Shown: one piece after another, positions 44,913-58,795 of the stretch
Layout of the letters: every line of letters starts with the position of its first letter
Position numbering within the stretch: the first letter of the stretch is position 1
Origin: Heteronotia binoei
Lineage: Eukaryota
Length of the DNA: 64,000 bases
Direction of reading: 5' to 3'
Assembly (NCBI RefSeq): GCF_032191835.1
Contig: NC_083223.1
Coordinates: 100,192,001-100,256,000, forward strand
Made by a program: the position numbers and the translations under genes
Notes under the pieces: generated by a model
Seen by the model: the letters and a program-made list of their open reading frames with translations, nothing else
Database searches by the model: none
Told to the model about the DNA's origin: nothing

Positions 44913-45814
44913 TTCTCAGTATACCCAGGCCACAAGGGCGCTGGGGTTCAGCAGCAGGGCAGCAGTTGGTAGGCCTTCATCCTAGTCTTTGCCTTCTCTG
45001 TTCCTGGGGGAGATTGTGGAAGATTTGGCAGTGGGTGGGTTCATGGTGGGGCCTCCTGACTTGAGGGCCCTGCTGGTTCAGGGGGCAGTGCTCGTGCTGG
45101 TGAAGGCACTGAGAAATTCTCCTCCTCCAATGAAGACACAACATCCCATGCTAACCCAGGGTAGTCCATGACATGCAGTGACATCAGGGCTGCAGTGAAA
45201 TTCCTAATACTTTAAACCATTCCTTCTTTGTATGTGCCCACTTGGCTCAGCAGTTAGGGCACTGGACAAAGCTATGGGAAACATGGAGTTTAGACTGGTC
45301 TTTGCTCTGCCAATCAATCCACTGCCAGGCAAAAAGAAGACTTTATCTTCTGGCTGCCCCCACTGGTGTCAAGTCCACACCCCCCATTTGACACTTGTGC
45401 CCTTCTTTACTGAACTACGGGATGGATAGAAAAGTCTTTGTTCAAGGTGCTACTGCATTTTTCCATCTTGCTGCCCGATGTCTGTGGTACCTCACCAGGG
45501 AAAAGGAAACTAGAAATGGGTCAGGCTCCACCTGTTGGAGTGGCAGGCAGCATGTTGTGGTCACATTGGTAGTTGGCTGTGCCTGTGTGCATCACTCACA
45601 GGGATGTCAATGGGGTACAGCTCCCTGGTTGGTGGGTATTACCAAGGGCTCTGACACATTCACTATGTGGTTTGGGTATGATGGAGGGCTGTTCAGTTTT
45701 TCCTCCCAGCACGGAGGGCACTGAGAAATGGTGCCTGTGCCCTGGCAGAGCCCCACCAGTGTAGCAATGTTGTAGTCAATGGGCTCTCAAGATGGTGCTG
45801 TCCATTTATCAGAT

Positions 45815-45868
45815 GAATTGGGGGTTGGACTAGATGACCCTGGAGATCCCTTCCAACTCTATGATTCT
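45815..45868 (+). mobile_element. CR1 LINE 3' terminus fragment
   Basis: GGTTGGACTAGATGACC..CCCTTCCAACTCTATGATTCTA. A similar piece lies at ~48555-48605. Confidence 0.7.
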
Positions 45869-48605
45869 ACAACTTTCTCTCCACTTTTGCACTAATTTAT
45901 TTTATTTCCTAACTGCTTCTGGTATACAGTGACAAAAGTCCTATGCCTCATCACAACAACTCTTTGGAATCTTGACAGCCATAGATAATTACCGCTGTGT
46001 TAATTTAAAACTAAAGTTATCAACAGCTGCAAACAAATGATATCTTCTATCTTCTGAGGGTATAATTACTCATTTATTAAGAGGCCATGAGAGCTTTCCT
46101 TTTATTAAAAAAATATTTTTCCTCAAACAACTGTAGCATCCCAAATTCATAGGACTGCTACATGAGGATAACATGTTTTTTAAAATGTTCAGGTAAATTT
46201 GTAATCTGATTTTAAATAAAAATTACAAAAAATGTCTTTACAATGCATGGTATAGATTTCCTACAATAATACCTCATCTTGGAAAAACATCTTTCTTACA
46301 AAAATATCTAAACTTCAAAGACTTAAGACTGAAATCTTCAACCAAATTTTTAAAAACATGCTGTACCCACATCATAATCTTATACTTTACAGTTCTTCAT
46401 TAGTGGCAGAATTCTAAACATAACAGAAATTCAATCCAGTCACTCACAGAGCTGAGGTACAGTTCATTATAACTGCAGTGCTATGAAATGAGCTGGCCCT
46501 TGCACAAAGAAATTAGAATTCAACACACAGCTCCCTCCCTTAACAACAGTGCTATCTTTTCAAAGATGACAGAGAAAACACTCACCCCATTGACTAAAGC
46601 TTTCCCTCCTTCCTTAGACACATGACAGGAGTCCACAGGTCACAAAGCTTAGTGAACAATGTTTTTGGTGACAAACCATAACTTCTAAATTTTAAGCTCA
46701 GTAAACTAAGTAAATTGAGATGCCATGCTCAGTATATTAGGGGAAAAGAGGCAGGGGGAATAAGAGTCTGTGCTGCCCACTGCACTTACTGTAGAATCTA
46801 AAACAGAAATTGGAAGCTAATGAAATAATAAATCATGCAAGATACTTAAAGTCTATTGTTCAAAGGTCTGTTACTAAGAATTCTGCTGTCATATAGGACC
46901 TAATTATTCATTTGTTGCATATGGTTTCAGATTCATTTGATTAATTAATATATAGCACTGCAGATCATTTTTATTGAAACTCTACAGTGGAGTCTACTTT
47001 TCCACAAGACAACAGCTTTATATTAATATTAGATCACAAGAAATCAGTAGCTTGGAAGGAAACTAAGGATTTTCAGCGTCCCAAATATTTTATTACTTTA
47101 AAAAGATCTTTTTTGCAAACTGCTAATTACCAACTAGCTAATACAATGCCTGAATTTTTAACAGTAATAAAATGAAATATTAAATTAGATAACTGCTGTC
47201 AGCTGTGTTTTGCCAAGACTGATTTAAATGCTATGACTGTTTTATAGGAAGTGCTGAGAATGATCTTTACAACAATCTGTTATCTCATGCTGACCCATGA
47301 AACACTATCTACCAGTATATGTTTGTATGAACCTTTTTCATACAAAGCTCATATCCCTATATAACCTTCTCATTTTGATACATTATTTTATATACTGTTG
47401 AGAATCACAAGCTTGGTCTGCTTTTTCAAATTTAATTATGTTTTAGTATTCTATGAACAGAGATCTTATTTGAACAAATAATGATTGCTCTCTTATATTG
47501 CCTTTCCTTAAACACTTGCATACAGCAATTTTCTCCATCACTATAGTTAACCAATATTTTCTCAGCCAGATTTTGAGATACTGTTCTATTTGGCCAAATA
47601 AAATTAACCATGGTGAATATTCTATTCTATGGACTATAATTTCACTTAATACTTTATGTATTCTTTCTGAGAATTATTTTATTACAGGGAAGCTTCACCA
47701 TATAATGTAGAACAAACCTTTCTTTTGATGGCATCACTAGGATTAGTCAGATACATGATTAAACATTTTCTCTAATTTAACAGGAGTATAATTCTACTTA
47801 AACACTAATTTCAGGGCCATTTTCCCTTATATTGATGTTAGCTAAAGTGGCTAACACACCTTCATAATTTTTTCTCACCTGTCTTCAGTAATTTCTTGCA
47901 TTATATCCTGTTGCCATCTCTGCCTATAGAATGGTTCCTTATAATATAAATAAAACGATTGATTGATAATCTAATTCTAGAAGGACCTCATAAAGTTTTA
48001 CTAATAGTCCTTTGGATGATTTATTTCAGAGTATATTATTAGCTGTTAAAATATATTCAATGGCCAGAAAATGTCTACTCTTTGAGCTAAATTGCAGATA
48101 AAGCTTTGAATCTGCTGATATTAGCATTTTATCAAAGGATTGTCTTCCAATCTTTCCCTAACCTGATTCCATTACCAATCTTTCCCTTCTTTCAAGAAAT
48201 CTATGATTTGACTGAAAGCAGCCTGCTCCCACTTACAGAAAGATCATGCAAGACTAGCTTGCTTAAAATGTTTGTTATGCATAAGAGGCATAATGGATGA
48301 GTAACTCTCTGAATTTCTTCCATGTAGTGCAGATAGAGGACCTAACAAAGATTTGCTTATTTTGAATATTATCCTAAGCCTCCACTCAGATCCAAACATT
48401 TAGTGGTACATTTAAGTCCAGCTGTTCCAAGTGCCATAACTTCACACACTAAGGACCTCTGAACCAATACCATGATGCCAGTAGCATGATAGTAGTTTTC
48501 AACTGATGGGGCTCACAAGGCCACATCTCTTTGGCCATGTGAGCCCCACCAATTGGGGTTAATGGCCCTGGAGGTCCCTTCCAACTCTATGATTCTATGA
48601 TTCTT

Positions 48606-49040
48606 TCTAGGAGCTTGCATTGTAATTCTGATTATCCCAGCTCTTTTGTACTGCAAAATAAAGTGATGTACCACCTTCTGGAATTGGGCTAGAAACTCTT
48701 TCAGTACAGTAATAACAGTGAAAAGAAATAAGAACTGAGGCAAAATTTTAATCTTTACAACTGCTATCCTACCTAGCCAAGACAAGTTAAGCCTGGACCA
48801 TTTCTTGAAACCAGATTCTATCCTGTCCATAACCAGTATTAGGTTATCTTGTATCTAATTTTTCAGAAAAATGTATTCCTAAATATGATGTCTTTAGATT
48901 TCCATGTGGCTCCCAACATTCTAGCTATTTTCCTTTTCTCATCTTGCAAACTGACATCCTGCAATGTTGACTTCTTTGCATTTATTTTATAGCCAGAGAA
49001 CTGACCACTAGGTTGTTGTGAGAATAAGGAAGATGGAGAG
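48606..49040 (-). mobile_element. Old L1 ORF2 fragment
   Basis: Translation LNLSWLGRIAVVKIKILPQFLFLF and SGYKINAKKS. Confidence 0.7.
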
Positions 49041-50729
49041 TCAGGCATGCAGTCCTGAGCTTCTTAGGAAAATGGCAGAATTAAAATATATCCATGAATA
49101 AATTATTAACATCTTAAACTTAATCCACAATCCTCTAACAAACCCAACCCAGTATAAACACACTCCAGCCAGGATCCAATTAATAATCAAATTTGTCCTT
49201 TTCTGAGAGCATGTGACATGCCTGGGAGTGCTCCTCAGTCTGGCTGCTTTTTGAAAAACAGGAGGAGACTGTGCCCAGGAGACCTTTCTCTCAGTTAGAT
49301 CTGATTTGAAAGTTCTTTCCCCAGCCTTGACACTATTCACTGTGCCTCATTGATCCATATTTCTGAAAACTTCAGATTAGATTAGTGCAATGAACAGGCA
49401 TATTTTAAAGTGCTGTTTTTGACCTACCGTATCTAGGCCTTAATGTATTATGACCCAACTTAACTAAAGTACTGCCTTTCATGAGTTAGTTGAAGTTGGC
49501 ACAGAGTAATCTGCTAGTGATTCCTCTTTTTCAGAGGTACATTTGGCCTCTGACACAGGCACAGCATTCTCTGTTGTCACTTTACCTTGTGGAATGGTTT
49601 GCAAGACACTGTAACTATGTAAGACTACTGAACCTCTGAAAAGCTGTTCTGGAGGTTGGGTCCAATGTGCAATGAGATATGGAGGAACTGGGTTGGCATA
49701 GGGAGTGAGAGATGCACAGAAAATAGAGAGTGACTCCTCCCTTGCATAAGCAGAAGTGTTTCCTGCCCTTACAAGATATGTTCTGGATCCAGGTCAAGGT
49801 ACAACTGACTTTTTGATTAGTCTTAATAAAAGGTATTGCTCTACTGTTGCTTCTGTACAAAACTGATATGTATATAGAAAATGGTCTTGTGTCTGCAGCA
49901 GCTCTTAACTAAATTGGCAAAGTTGAAACCAGGACAAGGATTAAATGGACATCTATAAAAGCATCTGCCATGAGGCTCAATTGCTCCCCCTAAAGAAGTG
50001 ATCATTGAAGAAAACGGAACTTCTATTTGAAATAACATGGGCCCATCCCCATTACCAGCAAGGCAGACGCAGCAGCTCCTGGATGGATTAACAGAGAGAG
50101 AAAACGCTTGCATAACAAGTGATACATCTCATGTCAAATCCACAACTATCTATAAAACCAGTCATTAATGGCCTACAAGCAGAAAGGGAAAAACAGGCAG
50201 AGCAGCCACAGCCAAGTCAGATCTCAAGCAGAAGCATTCTTGGCAGTGCCCATTTCCCTGTCAAGCAAGGCAAAAGGAAAGCAGCTGGCAGTTGCAGAAC
50301 ACAGAAGGCCAGGGCAGACTAGTCAGCAGCAAAAGCAAAGCTTTCTGGCAACTTTGCCTCAGTTGATTCCTTAGCAGAAAATTATCAAGCCTCCTGAAAA
50401 CCCATAAAAAATTTTGCTGTGTACCCCTGGGTCCTGAAAAAGAAGGCAACTTCTAAGTCAATGCATATTTCAACTTCTAATTCAGTCCCGGCACTAATAA
50501 TCAAGACCAAATAATAGAAGGGGAGGGGGAGGGGAGGCATGTGTTACAATTCTACCACCTTAATCCCAGTCAACAACAATAAAAACAGACTAAATAAATA
50601 TGTCCCGTGCTATGCTACTTACAAAAAGCCAAGGTTCTGCCAACTTTCCAGGGAAACTCTTGTAGCTCCCTGAGATAACACTTGGAATAATACAAAAAGC
50701 TTTCTTGGCTTTAAACCAAGAAACTATTG

Positions 50730-51437
50730 GATGATGTACAGATGGTATATGACTCCTAAAAAGTTGGCAAAGATGAACAATAAGATGCCAGATAGATGTT
50801 GGAAATATAAAAAACATGAAGCTTCTTTCTACCATATGTGGTGGACTTGTGAAAGAGCGAAAAAGTACTGGCAGATGATTCAACAAGAGATTTCTAAGAT
50901 CTTGGGATACGAATTTAACAAAGTTGCAGAGACTTTTCTGTTGGGATTTCCAAAAGATTTTCCAAAAGAAGATATAATTTTAATCTGGTACTTGCTCTCA
51001 GCTGCTAGGACATTGTATGCGCAGTTGTAGAAGCAAGAAAAAATACCAGAGAAATGCGATTGGATTGTAAAAGTTATGACATGGAGTGAAATGGACAAGT
51101 TAACAAGAACCTTAAGAGACTATGATTTAGAAGTATTTAAGATGAAGTGGAAAAAGTTCAGAAGATACGTAGAAAAAGAGTGGAAAATAAAAGGACATTG
51201 GCAATTTTTGATAATGACTAAGTATAAGAGGGAGGAGGATATTAATTTTGGTTCTTATTAATTAAGGGTACTTTTAATATTAAGATTTTAAGTATATAAC
51301 ACCAGTGGGGGTCAAGTAACAGGGGGAGGGGTGGGTAGAAAGTAATATATATTGGATAGATTAAAAAAGTAATTATTAATGATGTAAGAAATTGAAATTT
51401 ATTACCATATGTTACTAATAAAATTGTTTGAAACAGA
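50730..51437 (+). mobile_element. 5'-truncated L1 copy, related to the L1 at 21617-42951
   Basis: YRWYMTPKKL..RCWKYKKHEASFYHMWWTC. TSD TAAACCAA(G/T)AAACTATTG at 50712-50729 and 51438-51455. Confidence 0.88.
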
Positions 51438-51482
51438 TAAACCAATAAACTATTGTGTGTTCTAGAGGTTCATAGTATAAAC

Positions 51483-52327
51483 CAGAGGTGTCAAACTCAT
51501 TTGTTAGGAGGGTTGGATCTGACACAAATGGGACTTTGTTGGGCCAGGCCATGAGTGCCATATGTCATAAAATATAATGCCAGGTAGTGGAAATAGAAAC
51601 TTTATAATGGACACAGACAAACACAATTAAAAATATTAATTTTTTAAATTTAAAATACAAACATGCTTAAAACTTTTCCAATATTTTGTTTAAATTGGAA
51701 AGGTGGGGGAATAGTGGGATCTGGCAGTACAATTTTTAAAATAAAACATCAAGAAAAAGCACAAGACTCTGACTCTGTGGAAACAATGAAATGGCATTGT
51801 AAGCTTCTCTCCCACTCCAGTCTACTCAGATTGGCAATGGCTTTCCAGTATAATATCCCCTTTGGCTGTGGGTTCCCACATTAGAGTACTCACTAGATTA
51901 GATCCATTCAGCAGAGATATGATGGCTGAAAGCATCAATCCTTTGTTTGCAAGGACACAACTCCAGGAAGCATGAGTTTCAGCTGGCTACAGGAATCCTG
52001 GAAATGTAACAATCTCCACTCCATTTGAAACCATTGCAGAGCACAAGGCTGCAAGGAAAACGAGGAATGGATCTTAAAATCCACTCCACGTTTTCCTTGC
52101 AACAGCCAGTAAAGAAAGACGGGAAGAGCAGGGGAACTGAGACTCAGCCTGGGAGCTTCAAAGGGTGCTTCAAATAGCCTTTGATGTTCACAGGCTGAAA
52201 CTGAAAGAGACTCAGTCTCAGAGCTTCAAAGGGTAAGACAGGAGGGGGGAGAAAAGTGCCCAGCGGGCCTGATCAAAGCCCTGGGTGGGCTGATTCTGGC
52301 CCCCATGACGGATGTTTGACACTCCTG
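51483..52327. mobile_element. Non-autonomous hAT (Charlie-like) element
   Basis: TIRs CAGAGGTGTCAAAC and GTTTGACACTCCTG. 8-bp TSD GTATA(A/C)AC. Confidence 0.8.
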
Positions 52328-53019
52328 GTATACACTCTACCCTCTGTCTGAGATTGCTGCCCAACTATATCATTGCAGTGTCCATGTACATAAAAGCATC
52401 AGAGTTACCTGAAAAGTAAGTGCTGAAGCCTGCAGAGAGAAAACGGAGCTAGTGCACAGCACCACTATAAAGAGAGCAAGTTCCTGACATTAAAAAAAAT
52501 TAAATCAGATTTTCTACTGATATCTACTAAAGGCCTTTCCAAACCATGCCAGGGTGTTTCCGTGTTTGTCCCAATGGTATCTAGTATATCACTCCATTAA
52601 GTGAGGTTTAAAGCCTTCATCCAGTCAAAGGAATCTTCCTCCATCTAAAGCGGCTCTTCCTCTGACAGAAAAGCCACTCATTAGAACTTCCTCTATCTTA
52701 ATAGAGAATAACCATTCACAGAGTTTAATGGAGTTTACTCTCAGGAAGTGCCCACAGGATTGCAAACTTGAACATATGAAACTGCCTAACAGGCTGAAAA
52801 AGTGTTGCCACACACTCCTATTTTGCATAGTATCATGTTAAATTAAAGCTTGCTTCTCGTTGTTGTATTTTACTTCAAAACACTAATATTACATGGCACT
52901 ACTGTCATGACAATAAATCTAACAGTCACTGTTCTGACAGTATAATGAACTGTCCAATCATTCAACTGCTGTTCTGAACACCACTGGACGTACTTGAGTA
53001 AGCGTACTTTCTATTTTAC

Positions 53020-53101
53020 TTTCCAAATCCTGATGATGTAGAAGAAAGGGTGACATTATCAGTTGGGAGAAACCACATAATCTGATTCTTCTTTTCAACC
53101 A
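53020..53101 (-). CDS. Candidate host exon E (donor uncertain)
   Basis: Acceptor CTTCTTTTGTAG. Phase-1 frame LVEKKNQIMWFLPTDNVTLSSTSSGFG. Weak donor at 53019; alternative at 53007. Confidence 0.25.
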
Positions 53102-54333
53102 CTACAAAAGAAGTGCAATTTGGCCTACCCCTATAGCTGCAAGCATAAAGTTTTTACAAAGTGTCTTTGATGGGTAAGTCAAAGCTACTATTGGAATAAC
53201 AGAAGACGAATAATACATTCACCTGATCCACATTATCTATAATTTACAGACTAATGGAGTGTCATGTGGCTGCTGTCACATGGTAACCTTGGCACCAGGC
53301 AATTGTTTCTACTTTAGAATATGCTTTAACCTTCTGATATACGTACTTTATAACTCCAATTTTCTACCTGTTCTGGACATTAAGTATATGTAGACATACG
53401 GAAAATCATGGATGCACAAGAAACTATAGGTGTACTCTACCACTCGATTCGGTGTGCATTAAGAGATTTATTAAAGGTAGTAGGTTAAAATTCTTGAAGG
53501 ATTTCAGTTTTTTTTAAATGTTTTTATTTTATTCTGTATTTTTACAAAGCTTTAATTGTTTGCTGCTTTGGTGGCCCTGACTGGGCAGAAAGGCTGGATA
53601 TAAATTTTATTCATAAGGTATGTCAAAGGACGTCAAAGTCAAAGGATGACTTAGGGCTGCTTGTCTGCTATGAACCACACTTCAGGAAGACTAGCTAAAT
53701 AATTCCAGTAAAACAGCTTGAGCAAAAGACTGAAAAGCGGACTGAAATGCCAATAACAAAATATTTCTCTTACTGAGGTGCAATCAAGGCAATACTATCT
53801 GGAAAGAATTTTTAAAAGTGTTTAATCAAACATGTGTTCTCCATTATACACAAACTCATATAAACAAAAACATAGCGTTAGTGTTTTGAGCATTTTGCTT
53901 TATTACCTTCTTTACTGCAATATTCTTTTATTTTGTACACTACCACATGATGGTCTTCTTTGGTGCACAACAGATAATACATTTCATTCTGTTCTGTCTA
54001 CTGCTGTTTTCATCTCCTAATTTTCAAGTCCATTTACTAAAATATCTAGAGCTTAGCTTATTCTCATTCTTTTCTAATTTAATTTTATCATATACTAACA
54101 TTTTATTATTATTATTGAAGCTACACATTCCATAAGCTTACATAAATGCATTAAGCCACACCGGAATAAAATCCTTTAGTAATAAAGAAAGGAAATGTAT
54201 GACATATGGTCAAATCAATTCTAAATAATTTCAGAAATTCTCATTTTGTGTTTGCTTTTATGCCATTATTATTTTTACCAAGATGGGAGAAAAGAAGGAG
54301 GTGCAGAAACAGAAATAGGTCATTGTATAGCTT

Positions 54334-54636
54334 TTAAAAAAAGGTAGTCCTCTGTGCAAGCACCAGTCGTTTTCGACTCTGGGGTGACGTTGCTTTCACA
54401 ACGTTTTCATTGCAGACTTTTTACGGGGTGGTTTGCCATTGTCTTCCCCAATCATCTACCTTCCCCCCCCCCCCCGGAAGCTGGGTGCTCATTTTACCGG
54501 CCTCAGAAGGATGGAAGGCTGAGTCAACCTGGAGCCAGCTACCTGAACCAGCTTCCGCTGGGATCAAACTCAGGTCTTGAGCAAAGGGGTCCGACTCCAG
54601 TGCTGCAGTTTAACCACTCTGTGCCACAGGGCTCTT
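54334..54636 (+). mobile_element. Sauria SINE, full length
   Basis: AAAGGTAGTCC..TGTGCAAGCACCAGTCG..GGAAGGCTGAGTCAACC..GGGCTCTT. TSD ATTGTATAGCTT at 54322-54333 and 54637-54648. Confidence 0.88.
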
Positions 54637-54914
54637 ATTGTATAGCTTATAGACTTCCAAAGACTCAAAAGCAAGAAGATACATTTCTTGAAACAAACCT
54701 ACAAGGGCCATGAAGGTGAAGTTTTCAAGTGGCATGGTGTGACAAGGCAATTGCCTTAGTATTTACCCCACTAAAATACTCATCCTGTTGTTGCTTCAGT
54801 TGTCAAATTTGCCCAGAAATTGGCACAGTAGGCACAGGTAAAGATTTAAACAGTTTCTGCTTTATTTGAACAGACTGGCAGGGAAGGGAATCAATATGTA
54901 CAAAGGGCTAGGAA

Positions 54915-55110
54915 CAGGGCTTTTTTTGAGCAGAAATGCACAGGAATGCAGTTCCGGCTGGCTTGGTGCCAGAGGGTGTGGCCTAATATGCAAATAGGTT
55001 CCAGTTGGGATTTTTCTACAAAAAGCCCTATGCAAAAATGGTGATGTCATGGGGTGTGGCCTAATATGCAAATATGTTCCTGCTGGGATTTTACTACTAA
55101 AAAAAACCTG
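54915..55110. mobile_element. Short hAT-type MITE with an internal tandem repeat
   Basis: CAGGGCTTTTTT and AAAAAACCTG termini, 8-bp TSD G(C/T)TAGGAA, two GGGTGTGGCCTAATATGCAAAT units. Confidence 0.72.
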
Positions 55111-55240
55111 GTTAGGAATATGTAGGCAGACAATTAAAATCTAAACATACAACTGTCTCTGAGATTGCTGACTTTGCAAGAGACAGTTTTACCCTGAAAG
55201 TTGTTTGACTTTCTCTGAAGCTTTAGCCAATGTTATAATT

Positions 55241-55350
55241 TGTTGTTGTTCAGTCGTACAATCGATTCCGACTCTTTGCGACCCCATGGACCAAGTCATG
55301 CCAGACCCTCCTGTCTTCCACCATCCTCCGAAGTCTGCTCAAATTCATGC
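55241..55350 (-). mobile_element. BovB (RTE) 3'-end fragment
   Basis: Reverse complement ends ...CTGAACAACAACAA and contains GCGACCCCATGGAC. Confidence 0.7.
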
Positions 55351-55394
55351 TAGGTAGATCAGTAATGCTGTCAAGCTTGGTCTTAAAGGTTGGT

Positions 55395-55900
55395 TGGCAC
55401 AGATTTCCTTTTTAAGATTCACACTTTATAAACGCGCAGTCTTGAGATTGTACTCAGCATTGCCCCTTTGGTTAAGACTAAGGTCTTCCCTCTAGATACC
55501 TTTTCTCTGGCAAGACCATTATTATCACCTCTTTAAGGTAAATAACCTGGGACTTTGGCATTTAAGGGTCTTTCAATGTCACTCCACACTCCTTGCCAAA
55601 TCCTGATCTTCCAGACTGACATTCTTCTCTCTCTGGACAGTAAGCTTAATACTGGAGAATTAAAATTCCCTCTCAAGATGTGATTCTTTGTTTTACACAC
55701 AGAGAGACTGATTGTACTTTTGGGAACAGTCTCCCACCAGAGCCTCTCATATATTTCAAGCCACTCCACACTGGCTCTGACACAGACTCTGCTTTATTAG
55801 GCTTTTCTCACACAAGAGAGTGTCTCAAGCAACAACTCCCTTCTCCATTAATCTCCAACTCCTCTACTCTCCAACTTCTTCTCTAACTCCCTAACTGATT
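55395..55900 (-). mobile_element. Old L1 ORF2 3' fragment
   Basis: Degenerate translation WLEIYERLWW..STISLSVCKTKNH..IWQGVWSDIE. Ends are approximate. Confidence 0.45.
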
Positions 55901-56450
55901 CCCTTTCTCTGGCAGTTTCCCAATCAGAGTGAGTTCCATTAGCTGTCATTCATATGCACTGCCTCTAAGCATGCATATGTCTGTGGTCTGTCACACATGG
56001 ATATGCCATTTTATCACTTAGGTATTAAGATCAATTGCAAAGCAAATTCATAGAAAGTTACCCTTTGCTTCAATATCAAGCATCTTAACATAATAGAATC
56101 CTGCTTTTGTAACTGGTATTCAAATACCATGCAATGAACATTGAACTACATTTCTATTATACTTGCTTTATTGTACATCTTTGTGTTTCATTAGTTTTTA
56201 TATTTTGGGGGGGGGGGACGACACAGAAAATGCTCACACTTTGGGGGTGGAGTCTGGAGACTTTTTCATTCACTGTAAATAAATAAAAATACAGCAGCGC
56301 AGTTCTGCTGAATAGTCTTCATTTCCTCATTTCCCCAGCAGCTGCACTTCTACTAAATGAAAGTGAACACACATACTCACAAAGCAGCCAAAATAAACAG
56401 TTTGCAAGCCCACACTTTTGTGATCTCACTGGTGTAATCACTTTACTCAC

Positions 56451-56500
56451 AGAAGTTACTGAACGTAACAATCTGCTGAATTTCCACCAACTTCTTCAGA
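56451..56500 (-). CDS. Candidate host exon D
   Basis: Acceptor TTTTGTTTTCCTACATTAG, donor GTGAGT. 50 nt, phase 2 to 1, LKKLVEIQQIVTFSNF. Confidence 0.4.
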
Positions 56501-57669
56501 CTAATGTAGGAAAACAAAAGTACGGGAGAGAGAAGTCTAAGGGGTGGAGTTTTCCTCCACCCCATAATCAGGTTCTAGTTAAATCTTTACCATACATTTA
56601 ACTACACAAACAACTTCTGAAATGAATGCAGGGATTGTGATCTCTTTCTCTCTCACACACTCACCAGGAAGAGCCACGTGGCTCTGCCTGCTTGCCTTCT
56701 CCCATGAAGCTTTTGCATTCTGTTGAGCTTTAAAGGTATACACATATTCCAAAACACAGTTTGCAAGCTTCTTCTAAAACTGCCCAGATCTAAAGGGCAC
56801 ATCATGGCTGTGGGGGTGGGGCTTTCCCCTCCAGCAGCCGGCTGATGGTGGGGTGGAGCCTGCAAAATTGAGGGATCTCCTGCCCAGACCTGAGGGCTGG
56901 CAAGCCTAGTCATATAACTGCCAGTATAGTGCTCTACTTGATCAGTGTTCAGACACTACTAGGTTACCTGTGCATTCTAACTTACTTCTCTAATCATTTT
57001 ATTTCTGCTGTCCCCTTCCCATTCTTATGGCTATATTCCATTCTTTACTAGTTCGGCCAAATTAAAATCTAAATAGATATACAAGTCTTTAAATGAAAGA
57101 GGAGTGACAAGAATGGCTATCAAAAATTATTGAATTATTAGTGGCCTAAGTTTTGAAGATTAATTGAGAACTTATGCACATGGGCTCATAAATGCAAACA
57201 TTCTTCTAGGACATATGAATTATTATCTAACGCTCAACATAGCCAAATATGTGGATACTTAAAACCAGAAACTGGAGTCATGAAAAGATTAGACGGACCT
57301 TACTATAAATCTGAAAAATGCTCCAACTTTGCAGAAAAATCTAAAATCTTAAAAAGAACACACACACACACAAACATTGTGGCGTTAAAGCCCCCTAAAA
57401 TAAAAGCAGTGCTGCTTGTAGCTGTGATTAATAAAATGCCCTTTAAGTGGCCTTTGTGAGGGTTGCTAGGCAACTGTAAAAGTTTTACCAGCCTTCAGGC
57501 CTGGGTTTCTATTAGTAAAAGGCAGTGGGAGGTGGCAGCACCCTTTCCAGGGCTGTTTTAGTCTCTGAGGAAGGACTTGTCAAGTCAGGTTGGGCAGCAA
57601 TCACTGGATAGTTTGGTGCCACCCAACATGCATGACTGGCTGCTTCCTACAGTTTAACAGTAGCCACTC

Positions 57670-57880
57670 CATGAAAGCCAGTGAGGTGTAGCGGTTAGAA
57701 TTTTAAATTAGGATCTGGGAGACTCAACTGCAAATCCCCACTATGCTGTTAAAATTCACTAGGTAACCTTGGGCCAGTTATATGCTATGCCTATACTACT
57801 TCACTGGGTTGTTGACAAGATATAATGGAGCAGAGGAGAAGGATATAAGCTGCTCTGGGTCCCCAATGTGTAGAAGAATG
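57670..57880 (+). mobile_element. Squam3-type SINE, diverged
   Basis: GCCAGTGAGGTGTAGCGGTTAG head and GGTAACCTTGGGCCAG core. Confidence 0.6.
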
Positions 57881-58323
57881 CAATATAAGTAAAGTAAACC
57901 AACATGAAGATGGAGGCAGATAAAACATAGGTTAGTTAGTTGGTGGGCAGAAAGGATAGAAGGAAGCAAAAGTGAGGCTATGGGAAGTTGCCAGGGAGAG
58001 GGGAAGAATGTGGAAAAAGGAATACAGGAGGAAACAAGGTGTCCCCTCAAGTCCTTGAAGCTTCCCCAGCATGCAGCTGCTCCTAGCATAGGAACAAGCT
58101 GCCAGAGGAAAGTTGCAGACAAAGAGGCAGATAAAGGTAGGTTGGCTAGTGGGTGTGGAAGGAGAAAAGCAAGCAAGAGACAGGGAAGTGAAGAGAAAGA
58201 GGAAACAGTGAGGGAGGGGAAAATTAGACAGAACTCCACTTATTATTTATATTATTCATCTGCGCCAATGTGAGAATTCAGTGCTTAGTGCTACTAATAA
58301 TTATAATATGTGGTTCAACTTAC

Positions 58324-58393
58324 TGCCAGCTGACTGACATTTCAGCAGTTAAAATTACTGTAATCTCACCACTTGCAAATTTACACTCATTGT
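58324..58393 (-). CDS. Candidate host exon C
   Basis: Acceptor AACTTTTCAG, donor GTAAGT. 70 nt; the only open frame is phase 1 to 2, NECKFASGEITVILTAEMSVSW. Confidence 0.4.
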
Positions 58394-58414
58394 CTGAAAA
58401 GTTTTCTTTGAATA

Positions 58415-58625
58415 ACTCACAGCCTAGTGTAGTGGCTAGAGTCTGGGAGACACAGGTTCAAATCTCCACTCTGCCACAAAAGCTTCCTGGGCTACATTAG
58501 GCCAGTCACAAACTCTCAGCCTATTTAAGCTTTCAGGGTTGTTGTAAAGATAAAACGGGGAAGGAAAGCGTTGTAGGTCATTTCAGCTCTCCACAGATGA
58601 GAAAAATGGGGAACAAATGAAGTAA
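58415..58625 (+). mobile_element. Squam3-type SINE, diverged
   Basis: GTGTAGTGGCTAGAGT..CAGGTTCAAATCTCCACTCTGCCA..GGCCAGTCAC. Confidence 0.55.
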
Positions 58626-58795
58626 ATAAACAAAGATACCCATGCAAACCATCTATTTTAAAAAAAGAATGTTTAGCTGAGACAAGAGATCCCTGAAAGA
58701 ACTGGAACAGATTTAAATGTTTATCCAAACTGGTTACTATGCAAACTAGCTTCAAAATATCACTTAAAATAGAAAAAAAATAAATAAAGCCTCTT

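Noticed and set aside
46575-46673. AG/GT-bounded exon-like segment
   Set aside because: All three frames contain a stop before the donor, so it cannot be an internal coding exon; a UTR or non-coding exon is not excluded.
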